Origin: Nageia nagi | Taxonomy: Eukaryota > Plantae > Pinophyta | Assembly (NCBI GenBank): GCA_050084985.1 | Contig: JBITNC010000001.1 | Span: 161,386,001-161,450,000, forward strand | Length of the DNA stretch: 64,000 nt | Reading direction: 5' to 3' | In this document: positions 52,569 through 64,000 of the stretch, in pieces | Layout of the letters: every line of letters begins with the position of its first letter | Numbering within the stretch: the stretch's first letter is position 1 | The notes under the pieces: generated by a model | Seen by the model: the letters and a program-made list of their open reading frames with translations, nothing else | Database searches by the model: none | Told to the model about the DNA's origin: nothing | Program-made: the position numbers and the translations under genes

Positions 52569-52861
52569 CGGTACAGAGCCTCTGCTATGGCAGCCTTTCC
52601 CATCATCAACGCCGCATAGATGTCGTAGCATCAGTGCGTATTTTGTATGGCAGAGTGAACCAGCCAACGTGGACTCCCGCGTGATGTAGGCACCACACAC
52701 AAGCTTCAGTTCGATGGGGACCCTCTCTGCATGGCCTCGTAAGACACCAGCTGCAGTCATCCCAATGTATGGCCAGCTGAACCAATGTGTATTCCGTATA
52801 GATTAGCAGGACTTGCATAAGTTACACAGTATCTGTCTTGCGAGGCGGAGAGGTCTTTTTC
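52569..52861 (-). pseudogene. ProDH: Proline dehydrogenase exon remnant, unit 4
   Basis: EKDLSASQDR / LCNLCKSC / VLLIYTEYTLVQLAI / LQLVSYEAMQRG / VPIELKLVCGAYITRESTLAGSL / HSAIQNTH*CYDIYAALMMGKAA, in ProDH order. Confidence 0.85.
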
Positions 52862-53931
52862 CATTTTTGATATTTTTTTTGTTAAGTGGTGATGTGAGTA
52901 TTAATCTCTAGTACTCTCTCTCCTTGGGGAGGAGGGTGTCTTGCATGTGTCGTGCTATTGTGGCGAGGTTTTCTTTTGCTGTGCAGGTGAGGCTTAGGAT
53001 GGATTCAACACCCACATCTATACCTCATCCTCTATCTTGGACTTCTTCAATACAACATGATGGGGATTCTCATGTGCAATTAGCAAATCCCTATCAGTCT
53101 CACCCTCTAGATAGATCAACCGCTCTCCTCCCAATCTCCAAAACTATGGATTCTTTTGCAACCAGATCTGCACGAATGAAATTACGTATTCCTCTTTAAT
53201 CTCCTCAACTAGATAAGAATGATACGATTAAGAGCCATGAAAAGATTATGTAGGCCTTTTTTTACCGTGGTAAGATTGGAAGCTAAGTATGTGCTCACAT
53301 GCTACCACCCTCCCTGCTCTTGAGTCCCTTCCTGCACACTCACTCCGACAATGCAGTTATTATTTTAATACAATCTCGCCCTTTAACTCAAAGATCTTAT
53401 GCATAAGGTGCAAATGAATACCTACCTAAAAATACCATTCCTTAATGATCCAGAAGAAAACTAACATGTGTAGAGAAGAAAAAACATACTAGAATGAAGC
53501 ACATCTACCACCCAAACAAACACTCACAACAAATAAATTTTTTTGTTCTCCGACTTTGTCGACTGCATTAAGAAAGCATTGATGGAGACTTTCCTTGTCT
53601 ACTCAGTTTGTAACCTCCATTCTCCATCGCCCTTTCCCTTCATTGTACAAGTAGATTTTCCAACAGAAACTAGGCTCATGGCCATTGAATCTATTCTGAA
53701 ACCAACCAACTCTCTGCAAAATACTTGAATCCTCTAAAGTTCTAAACCCTGCCCGTTGTGTGTACGTTACGTGAATATTTGCAATGGAATGCATGCAAGT
53801 AGGGAATTCCTTTTCCCCACCATTTGTTTCTCGTTGCACAAATGGCTACTTGTCTCTCACCTAGGGAGTTCTTCACATGCATATTCAAATCGAGTGATTT
53901 CACTTATTAAAATAAAGGTTTTATTCTGATT

Positions 53932-53941
53932 GCCACGTGTC
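53932..53941 (-). promoter_or_regulatory. G-box/ABRE (GACACGTGGC) upstream of the ProDH remnant
   Basis: Exact Em1a-type ABRE; mutated at its CpG in unit 3 (40278-40287, GCCACATGTC). Confidence 0.45.
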
Positions 53942-54057
53942 CCCTGCTATAACTTCTTGGACTCGTTAACATTGCCAGTTGAATGGTTGATTGGACTTTT
54001 CGATTAGTAATGTTAATTTAATAATTTAAAAATTTTATTATATAAATTTTCTTTGAA

Positions 54058-54331
54058 ATTGAACAATTGATTAGGGTTAGGGTAGGTGGACTATATATAC
54101 TTTTTGAGAAGACAATAGTAATCATCTTGAAAAATATATTGTTTGAGTTGTAAAGGAGGTAGCCCTTTGAAGTGGCCCATGATTATTTTGGCTTTTAGTA
54201 ATATCAATCTATTACTATCTTGTTACATTTGAGTTTGTGTTGCTTGTGATTATGATATTGAGTTGTTTCTTTAGTTCACATTTACTATTATTCTATTTGA
54301 ATTCTGTTTAGGAACTTGTAGGTTCCTAACA
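54058..54331 (+). repeat. 3' half of the chromovirus LTR at the unit junction
   Basis: Matches 40406-40678 and 2335-2598. Confidence 0.85.
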
Positions 54332-57300
54332 CTACTCCTAGTTTCATTCTCCACTTGAATCTTAAGAAGCTTGGAAGGGTTATCATCATGATACCTTTAT
54401 TTCCTTTTTTTATATTGTTGAAGGTACATATCATGGTTGAGTACAACTAGGTAGCTCATAAATGAACTACATATCTACCTACCAAATCACCTGTTTGATG
54501 AAATAAGATTTGAAAAAGGGCTTTCTATATAGTTTCAACCTATGACCATTAACAAGAAACCCATTTGTGGAATTATCAATGGTCTTATGCTTGACTAAAG
54601 TATTTTAAAGAACTCTTCAATCTCATAAGTTACTAACCATCTAATGCAAAATTTTTGTTTGAAATCCTAGAACTTGAAATAAGAAAGTAGAGCCCAATCA
54701 TATGATTAGAAGGATTTAGGTAAAATTTGCTTATCATGCCACTACTTTCTCTATTGTTGTACTAACTCTATCCTTTGGAGAGCATCCAAATGGATTTCAT
54801 TAAGAGCATTCAATAGAAGCAATCTTTCCTTCTATGAGAAGTAAGCTCAATTCCCACCTAGAGAGTTGTTATTAATATCTTCACTTAAAATTCTATAGGA
54901 ATGAATGCTATCTTTCTAGAGACCATTTCATAGGAAGTAACGCTTGTGGTAGATTTATATGTAGCATTATAAGCCCAAGTTAATTCTTTAAGTTGAATAA
55001 ATTATTTTTCTCTATAGGAATCCATGCTATATGTAAGGATATTTTGGTGATGCATTATTTCTAGAAGGTGAAGCTTGAAAAAGGCATTATTGTTATAGTT
55101 GTTGTGGAGCGAGACCTCTAAATTGATTCTAATTGGGTACAAATGACTATTGAAACCACTACTAGTTTTTCCAATTTTGTTGTGGCCAAGGCTAAGATTA
55201 CCAATTAGGTTGGGGCCATGGAGACCACCCCGGTTGAGGTTGAGACCACATTGGGTTAAAGGGGGAATTAAAAGGACCATAACCATCTAGGTAATACCTT
55301 ATGGATAGAGTTCTAGATTAAAAATTTCAAACGATCCCCTTTGGGCAATGAAGAAAATCTAATTGATGTCTTGAAGCTCAAGTTCCTTCAACATAATCTT
55401 GACAACAAGGACATGGAGGCATGCTTTTTTAGTATTATCCTTTTTTTATATGATGTAAATCATTATCTTTTCAGGGGATGTTGGTGAAGTGAATATTATT
55501 TCTTACATCTTAGGTAGTATATTCCTTCAATAGGGGCATCATTCTTTTTTTTAACAAATTTTAATGAGGATGAAAATATACCCAATAATTATAACTTCAT
55601 GCTATGAAACATGTTGCTTAATTCAGATTGGGTGACTCCTCTAGAAGCTATTCCTCTGATCCTGTTACTACATAAGAGTGGCCTGCTACAATATTAATGG
55701 ACACATAACTCAAGAATTTGTCTAAAGGGAAGGTTGAAAACATGAATGCATATTAATACAAAGAGGGAGATATTCTTCATAGCGGTAGCAGCTCCTTATA
55801 TTCTTGGGAAGCAAATGGCATATTTAAATGCATTAATGGTATGTTATTTTTGAACCATGTTCTAGGCCCAAGGGATCTACCAAGTTTTTAGGTAATTACT
55901 CCTTGGAGTATATTTAAAAGTGGCTTTGGATGAATCCTCAACATCTTCCTTGATACTTTTTGTAGTACCTTATTTATTCATTATTTCTCCTAGTTCTTAA
56001 ATTATGATAAGTTAACTTCTACTAAATAATCAACTTCTAATTACCAAAAATAAATTAAAATCAAACTAAAGGTATGAATACTTAGGACCTTTCTCCTGTT
56101 GCTTTAATCTCCACTTGAGAGCTACCTGCTAGTGTAGTAGACCAGGGACGCTTCTAAATATTTCAATCATCAATGCATTTTAGAGTCTAATACTGGCCTT
56201 TCTATAATCCTAAAAAATGGCAACAAAAAGTAATAAATTTCCTAATTAAATTGCAACTAGGTATTGCTAGCATTCCTTGGTGATCCTCACATCATGTCTA
56301 ATGCTTAGGAAGTGATCAATTTCAAGTATAGAAAAATAATGTTCTAATTATGTATGGATTTATTTTTATCTCATCGCTTCAAAGAAAAACCATTTTGTTC
56401 TTAACTATGAGGGATTATACTTATCATTTTAAAGTCATCTAGGTTTGATTTAAATAGAGTGTACTCTATATGAGATAATATGATAATCTAGAACTTACTG
56501 GGTGGTACTATCCTACAGAAAGGAAATGATGCCACTATCCATACTCTAAAATTCAAGATAACAATAATCACACTTATAACTAGCTTTACCTAATACTAAA
56601 CTTAAGAAGATGAAATGCAACTTAAAATAAAACTAGATTATCTTACTAAATTTGACTTCTATTCCTACCGCAACAAGATCTACAAGGATTGTTCACCCTT
56701 GGTGGACCCTTTATTCCATCTCTCATAGGTCCTTCCCATCTAGTTTTTGCGTTCTCGAGAAAACTCATAAACCAACACATGGCTACATCCTTCAATGTAT
56801 ATGGAAATAACTTAAGTTTTTAAATATAAAACATGTAATCATAAGTCCTGTAGAGGAATTCAAACTCAAACATGAATGCGTGTGGGTCCTAAGTAGCCAA
56901 ACCCTAAAGGTTGGTAATACTAAGAGGGAGATATTCTTCATGGGGGTAGCATCTCTTTATATTCTTGGGAACTAAATGGGATATTTAAATGCATGAATGG
57001 TATGCTATTTTTCAATCATGTTGTAGGCCCAAGGGATCTAGCAAGTTTGTAGGTAATTACTCCTTGGAGTATATTTAAAAGTCACATTGGGTGACTCCTC
57101 AACATCTTCCTCAATACTTTTTGTAGTACCTTATTTAGTAGCTTTAGGTATCTTTGAAGTAGATCTATATCCTGTAGTATGTCATGAGTGTGTAACCACT
57201 GATGAAATACCTTCAAAGTGCTTAGATCCTTATTCAGTGTGAGCTATATGCTCAAGCTATCTAGAGGGGGTTCCAACTTCTTCTTTGTATTTCGAGCTCC

Positions 57301-59419
57301 CTTCTTGTTATCATCCAATAGCTACTCCTGGATGATTGGGAATGAACTTCCCATGATTATCTCATAATCAATTCATTCACTATTTCTCCTAGTTCTTAAA
57401 TTATGCTAAGTTAACTTCTACTGAATAATCAACTTCTAATTACCAAAAATAAATTAAAATCAAAATAAAGGTATGACTACTCAAAACCTTTCTCCTGTTG
57501 CTTTAATCTCCACTTGAGAGCTATCTGCTAGTATAGTAGACTAGGGACCCTTCTAAGTATTTCAATCATCAATGCATTTTAGAGTCTAATACTGTCCTTC
57601 CTACAACCCTAAAAAATGGCACCAAAAAGTAATAAACTTCCTAATTAAATTGCAACCAAGTATTGCTAGCATTCCTTGGTGATCCTCACATCATGTCTAA
57701 TGCTTAGGAAGTGATCAATTTCAAGTATAGAGAAATAATGTTCTAATTATGTATGGATTTATATTTATCTCATCACTTAAAAGAAGAACCATTTTGTTCT
57801 TAACTATGAGGGATTATACTTATCATTTTAAATTCATTTAGGCTTGATTTAAATAGAGTGTACTTTGTATGAGATGATATGATACTTTAGAACTTACTGG
57901 GTGGTACTATCCTAAAGAAAGGAAATGACATTAGTATCCATACTCTAAAATTCAAGATAATAATAATCACACCTACAACTAGCTTTACCTAATACTAAAC
58001 ATAAGAAGATGAAATGCAACTTAAAATGAAACTAGATTATCTTACTAAATTTTACTTCTATTCCTACTACAAGAAAATCTATAGGGACTGTTCACCCTTG
58101 GTGGGCCCTTTCCAAGTTTATAAATTATACATGATCTTCTTCCTACTCTATGTTAATTCAATACTATAATAATTAATTAATCATTGATCATAAAGATAAG
58201 TCATTTAACAAAATATAACTTCTTATTGCATTATGTAGGTTATGTCATCATTAAAAGATATGGCATATTCAATAATGACTATACAAGATTACAATGTTCA
58301 TCACACTACGATTCACAAATCATTTAACAAACTTTTATTCCTCTCAACATGCATTTATAAATTTCTTGGAGTTATTGCAACTTTACAAAAAAGACTATTC
58401 CTAGTACATCAGTCTAAAAATGATCAAGACTATTACAATCATTCATATTCTATAGTTATCAGTTAGTTCAATAAACAAGGGAGGTAGTTGGAAGGAATTG
58501 CTTCTCTAGCTCATTCAAGAGATCTCCTAGATTTGAAAGCAACATCCTCCTATTCCTCAGGATGATTCCTTTTTTACTTCATTGATTATGTTCTCCTGGT
58601 ATGGTGCTACCTTTGTATTAAGTACATGTCAATAGGGTTGAGCTCCATAGTAGATTCCATAGTAGACTTTACAACTTAGTCTGTAGCTATGCAATGTCCT
58701 TAACTTGTAGCACATCCATATTGAAAAATAAATATCATCTAAATCTATTTATATCATTATAAATAAAAATATCATAATATGGCAAGTTTATCAGTGTCTA
58801 TATGTTATCTCAAAATGAAATTTAATTTAGGGACTTCAAAAACTTAAATAATTGACTCAAAATATCATTAAAATCCTAGACCTATCAAGAACATGTACTT
58901 AATCAAAGTCTAAGTTGACTAGTTTCCTCTACCTTGAAATATAAGAAACTTTCTAAACTTTTGGACTAATCAAAGATTGTGGCACTAAAAGTAATTCATA
59001 ATTTCACTACTAAAAGATCATGATCTATTCAATATATAAAGTGAACATAACATACATGTTTTTATCAAGAAATGATATTGCAATTTTGCTTTAAGTAACT
59101 AAGGCATGAGTGTTGTTTATTTGACAAATACAAACAAATTCAAGTTGGATTAGGAATGAAAACCTTTATCCTGTAAATTATGTATACAAAAGTATAATAT
59201 TTTTGATGATAAGGACTAATTTTTATGACTTTTTCTTGTCAAAAAGAAAAAGCATAATTATGATAAGAATCATAAAGATTCTAGAACATCTGACGGTATA
59301 AAAAATACACTTAATTGATTAAAAACTTGATCATATAGGAGGTATGCTAGTCTTCAATATTAAAGTTTGGCTTTGATTTAATCAATACCATGGTAATCAT
59401 TAAAATAAACTCCTAATCA
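54332..59419 (-). mobile_element. Athila-like remnant in unit 5 (further deleted)
   Basis: Homologous to 40679-49366. Confidence 0.8.
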
Positions 59420-59700
59420 TGTAAAAAATTTCATCTTTAAATTACCAATGGTTCTAGAATAGTCTAGGCAAGACCTTGGACATTTAATAGTCCTATATGA
59501 AATAGATATAAGTGATAGAAATATGATCTTTTGATATAGGTTCTACAATCCAATGATGTTAAATAACTTTAAAAAAAATCCTATAAACTATTTTGTTTTG
59601 AAGGATTTAAAAGAACTTCAATAGTTTATGTAATCAAAGTTAATCAAAATAAATAAATGTATATATTGAAAAGTTGTTGACAAGTCTTATAAACTATTGA

Positions 59701-59985
59701 TTTTTTTTGGGTTTACTTGGGAGGAAAACTTTTCTAAGAACCCATCCATTAAGCTATTGAGTTTTTATTGGGTTTACTCATGAGACAAGCTATTCTAGGA
59801 ACTCCCTCATGGCGACAAGTAAGGTAAACTTTTATTGTTTCCTCCATCCACCTGATGACTATGGATAGAAAGTACGATAATAGTCAAATTGTAGCTCCAC
59901 TACAATATAATAAAATAATCTATGAAATTCGAACTTGGGAAATCCTAAAGATCAACCCAAACCTTAACCAATGCATTGTCCCCTT
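59701..59985 (-). mobile_element. Putative tRNA-derived SINE, unit 5 copy
   Basis: Copy of 19170-19454. Confidence 0.45.
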
Positions 59986-61911
59986 GGAAACTATAAATTA
60001 GTAAGTTTAGATGATGTTTTTGGAAGAAAATATTCATATATTAATGTAATATATTTAAATAAATAAATAATATCCTTCAATTACCTTTTTAAATATTAAA
60101 AAATTACCTTTAAAAGGCTTACTTAGATCAAAATATACTTAAGATTGATTTGTTTTAATAAATCAAGATAAATAAATATAATTAAATATAACTTTCAATA
60201 TATACACAATAATTTAAATCTAAGCAATATATATACAATATATTTATATGAAAATTTGAAATTAATTTAAAAAATAAAATTCAAATATATTTTGAATAAA
60301 AATTTAATATAAAATTAATTTTAAATACAGTAAACATCCATATCACTTCTGTTTTTATGATATTTAGTAAAAATTATTCTCCAACAAACAAATTCTATCT
60401 TAAAGGAGATGATGACCATTATAGTCAATTTATCATATGACTATACTTGTTTGCCCCCAATGGCACCATAGGTATAGTAAAATGAATACTTGAGAATTAT
60501 TTATAACTTATTATCAATGCTTAACATGAGTAGGTCTAATATTTTAAAAATTAAAGTGTACAGGTAAATTATTTTTCATAGTTTTAGTACCTTCATGTAC
60601 AATGGATACATCCTCGCATATGCAAATGCATAAGAAACCTTTATCATATTTATTACACTATAGACGTCTCTTGGCATTGTTAGATGCAAAAACAAGATCT
60701 ATGGTAGTGTGAGGTTGGTCAATGGTTGAAACAAACTAAACTATTGATTTTATATTGTTTTTCAAAATTTACAAGTACGTTTGTCATTTTCAATCATTAT
60801 CAAATCTATATTGGAAAATTTCTTTGCGTGATGTAAACCTATGTCAATGAAACCAATTCAACTTTAAATACATTGATTGCAAACTCAATCCTTTGCAAGT
60901 GATATTCATATCGATGTGGAGAATGTACGCTGCATAACAATCTCGTACTCTTCATAGACATGCCTTTGAAAAGCTAAGTATCGTAATCGAAGAGAAGAAA
61001 ATCAAATCAACATTGCATCATTTAACAATACAACTAATATCTTTAATGGAAATAACTATGGCTGCCACCTTTGTACCCTATTGTCAGGTTTGTGTACGGT
61101 GTAATTATACTTTGATATTTTCGTTCCCATAGAGACCTACAATTATTTTCATTATATTATGATATTTTCATTGAACTGAACATGAAACGAGAAGCCAACA
61201 ACCAAAATCAATGAGCAAAAATAAAATTAAGACAAAGGAGCTAATAGCATCAGGTAATTACGCTTTTCTGTTAGTTTTTCAGCATCGAAAATGATTGCTA
61301 AACTCACTTCATTGTTTTGTACTTTCATGAAAACAATTATTTTGATAATTTGAATTATATAAGCAAAGTTTTATGAACTTATTTGTACAATACTTTTACA
61401 AGATGAATTACACAAACAATGCACGAAATTACATAAACTATGCACTAAATTATCTATTCAGTATAAATATTTGCAAAAAACATTCCTCACCAGTTGGACC
61501 TGCGTGGCTACAAGTAAAACTTTGTCCATCAGACATTTTACCAAAATTGTTACACTAAGTTGTTACATTCAGAAACAACACTAAGAGAAGGATGCGACTC
61601 CTAGGCCCCTAGCTGATGGATACCCAGATCCGTAAACGGCCTCGAGCATCCATGGTAGTATAGGGTACCTATGTTTAATCAATCAGGTTTACCAGAGACA
61701 TAGAGGAATTATATCCTTTTTCTGTCTCTACGTATTTACTTCAAAATTAGCCATTAAATTTGGAAAATCTCATTCATCTTTCATACGCCGAAGCATGAAA
61801 ATTGTAACAAACACTATTATAGTGAGAATAATTCCTTAAAGCAATAAAATACACACAATCAAATCTACTTTTATTACAATCAAACTATTACATATCTGAA
61901 CCCACACAATC

Positions 61912-62271
61912 GTGGCCTTCACCTTCAAACCGTTTCTTCTTCTCTATGCTTTGCTATTGGCATCTGCAAGTACAATGGCAACGTTGCCGTGGCCGCCGCC
62001 TGTTGTCGTCTCTCACTATCTCGCAATATCTTTTGAGGACTTTGCAGGCCGACTACGTGTCGAGAATCATCCCCATAGTGGGATACTTGCCGGTTGCACT
62101 GACCTTCTACTGGCGTCTCAAAATGCTTGTGATCGCCCGCTCACCACGCTGGTGGTAGGTAATACAAAGCAAGCTGCCACCTATATGTCCAAAGTAATGC
62201 AGAAAAATATTGAAGAGGAAGAAGAAAACCAATGCCAACGTACCACTGACATGTCAAAAAATTGTACGTAA
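61912..62271 (+). CDS. Second open copy of the uncharacterised GTG-start signal-peptide-like ORF
   Basis: Two amino-acid differences (F12Y, D61G) from 51838-52197. Confidence 0.3.
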   Translation: MAFTFKPFLLLYALLLASASTMATLPWPPPVVVSHYLAISFEDFAGRLRVENHPHSGILAGCTDLLLASQNACDRPLTTLVVGNTKQAATYMSKVMQKNIEEEEENQCQRTTDMSKNCT

Positions 62272-62642
62272 AGCATACTAACACATAGAAAATAAAAATA
62301 AGAGAGATTATTTGAAAATGGATTTAAAACAATAATTATTTAACTATAAACTTAAAGAATTGAATATTTATTACTTATATATTAGAAACAAAGCATCCCA
62401 ATACAGAGATGCATTTCAATTATCACAAAGGCATCTACACCATTTAGTATTATACATAAATTTGCTCACTGAGCAGACAAAATATAATTTACCAAGATTA
62501 ATCATCCGATTGAAAAACAATACTCTTCACAACTATCAGACCTATTTTTCTCCAGCAGATTGAAAGTGTATATCCATGTTCGTACAATATTATTTTATTG
62601 CATGTGTAAAGAGCCAATTATAAAGCTTAACATCCCACTTAC

Positions 62643-62936
62643 CGGTACAGAGCTCTCTGCCATGGCAGCCTTTCCCATCATCAACGCCGCATAGACGTCG
62701 TAGCATCAGTACGTATTTTGTATGGCAGAGTGAACCAGCCAACGTGGACTCCCTCGTGATGTAGGCGCCACACACAAGCTTCATTTCGATCTGAACCCTC
62801 TCTGCATGCCCTCGTAAGACACCAGCTGCAGTCATCCGAATGTATGGCCAGCTGAACCAATGTGTATTCCGTATAGATTAGCAGGATTTGCATAATTTAC
62901 ACAGTATCTGTCTTGCGAGGCGGGGAGGTCTTTTTC
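62643..62936 (-). pseudogene. ProDH: Proline dehydrogenase exon remnant, unit 5
   Basis: IEMKLVCGAYITRESTLAGSL and ILLIYTEYTLVQLAI motifs; donor CCG|GTAAGT. Confidence 0.83.
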
Positions 62937-64000
62937 CATTTTTGATAATTTTATTGTTAAGTGGTGATGTGAGTATTAATCTCTAGTACTCTCTCTCCTA
63001 GGGGAGGAGGGTGTCTTGGATGTGTCGTGCTATTGTGGCGAGGTTTTCTTTTGCTGTGAAGGTGAGGCTTAGGATGGATTCAACACCCACATCTATACCT
63101 CATCCTCTATCTTGGACTTCTTCACTACAACATGATGGGGATTCTCATGTGCAATTGCAAATCCCTATCAGTCTCACCCTCTAGATAGATCAATCGCTCT
63201 CCTCCCAATCTCCAAAACTATGGATTCTTTTGCAAACAGATCTGCACGAATGAAATTACGTATTCCTCTTTAATCTCCTCAACTAGATAAGAATGATACG
63301 ATTAAGAGCCATGAAAAGATTATGTAGGCCTTTTTTTACCGTGGTAAGATTGGAAGCTAAGTATTTGCTCACATGCTACCACCCTCCCTGCTCTTGAGTC
63401 CCTTCCTGCACACTCACTCCGACAATGCAGTTATTTTTTTAATACAATCTCGCCCTTTAACTCAAAGATCTTATGCATAAGGTGCAAATGAATACCTACC
63501 TAAAAATACCATTCCTTAATGATCCAGAAGAAAACTAACATGTGTAGAGAAGAAAAAACATACTAGAATGAAGCACATCTACCACCCAAACAAACACTCA
63601 CAACAAATAAATTTTTTTGTTCTCCGACTTTGTCGACTGCATTAAGAAAGCATTGATGGAGACTTTCCTTGTCTACTCAGTTTGTAACCTCCATTCTCCA
63701 TCGCCCTTTCCCTTCATTGTACAAGTAGATTTTCCAACAGAAACTAGGCTCATGGCCATTGAATCTATTCTGAAACCAACCAACTCTCTGCAAAATACTT
63801 GAATCCTCTAAAGTTCTAAACCCTGCCCGTTGTGTGTACGTTACGTGAATATTTGCAATGGAATGCATGCAAGTAGGGAATTCCTTTTCCCCACCATTTG
63901 TTTCTCGTTGCACAAATGGCTACTTGTCTCTCACCTAGGGAGTTCTTCACATGCATATTCAAATCGAGTGATTTCACTTATTAAAATAAAGGTTTTATTC

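Larger units (their letters stand above)
40406..54057 (+). repeat. Tandem array unit 4 (complete 13.65 kb master unit)
   Basis: Runs from the mid-LTR junction ATTGAACAATTGATTAGGG at 40406 to the identical junction at 54058. Confidence 0.92.
54058..64000 (+). repeat. Tandem array unit 5 (~10.1 kb deletion variant; runs off the window)
   Basis: Colinear with unit 4, with deletions at ~55042, ~55743 and ~55975. Confidence 0.92.

Noticed and set aside
40406-54057. Unit as a Helitron or Pack-type transposon
   Set aside because: No TC/CTRR termini with a hairpin, and no TIRs or TSDs at the unit junction, which lies inside an LTR.
1-64000. CRISPR array, rRNA or prokaryotic systems
   Set aside because: No repeat-spacer structure, rRNA similarity or operon-like gene density; the content is plant retroelement DNA.

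Overview
AT-rich plant nuclear DNA (the retroelement types and heavy CG/CHG decay suggest a large, possibly gymnosperm, genome; this is inference). The left third is a nest of degenerate Ty3/gypsy LTR retrotransposons: a chromovirus (+ strand, 1-2598) inserted in an Athila-like element (- strand, 2599-18888). The Athila-like element carries a hAT-like MITE and a nearly full-length Tat-clade element (9230-17734; RT-RH-aRH-INT order, tRNA-Trp PBS). From 2335 to the window end the sequence is a head-to-tail array of five variants of a ~13.65 kb master unit (complete copy at 40406-54057). Each complete unit holds: chromovirus LTR half, Athila remnant, putative tRNA-derived SINE, AT-rich spacer, a GC/CpG-rich island with a GTG-initiated signal-peptide-like ORF (+), and a deletion-riddled proline dehydrogenase (ProDH) pseudogene (-) with a retained intron and an upstream ABRE. 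The ProDH remnant is visible only by reading across all three minus-strand frames, so the ORF track misses it. Units differ by microhomology-bounded deletions, look mosaic, and show different degrees of CpG decay. One stretch (about 48960-51830) looks like unpolished long-read sequence. No intact host gene, rRNA, tRNA or CRISPR array can be supported.
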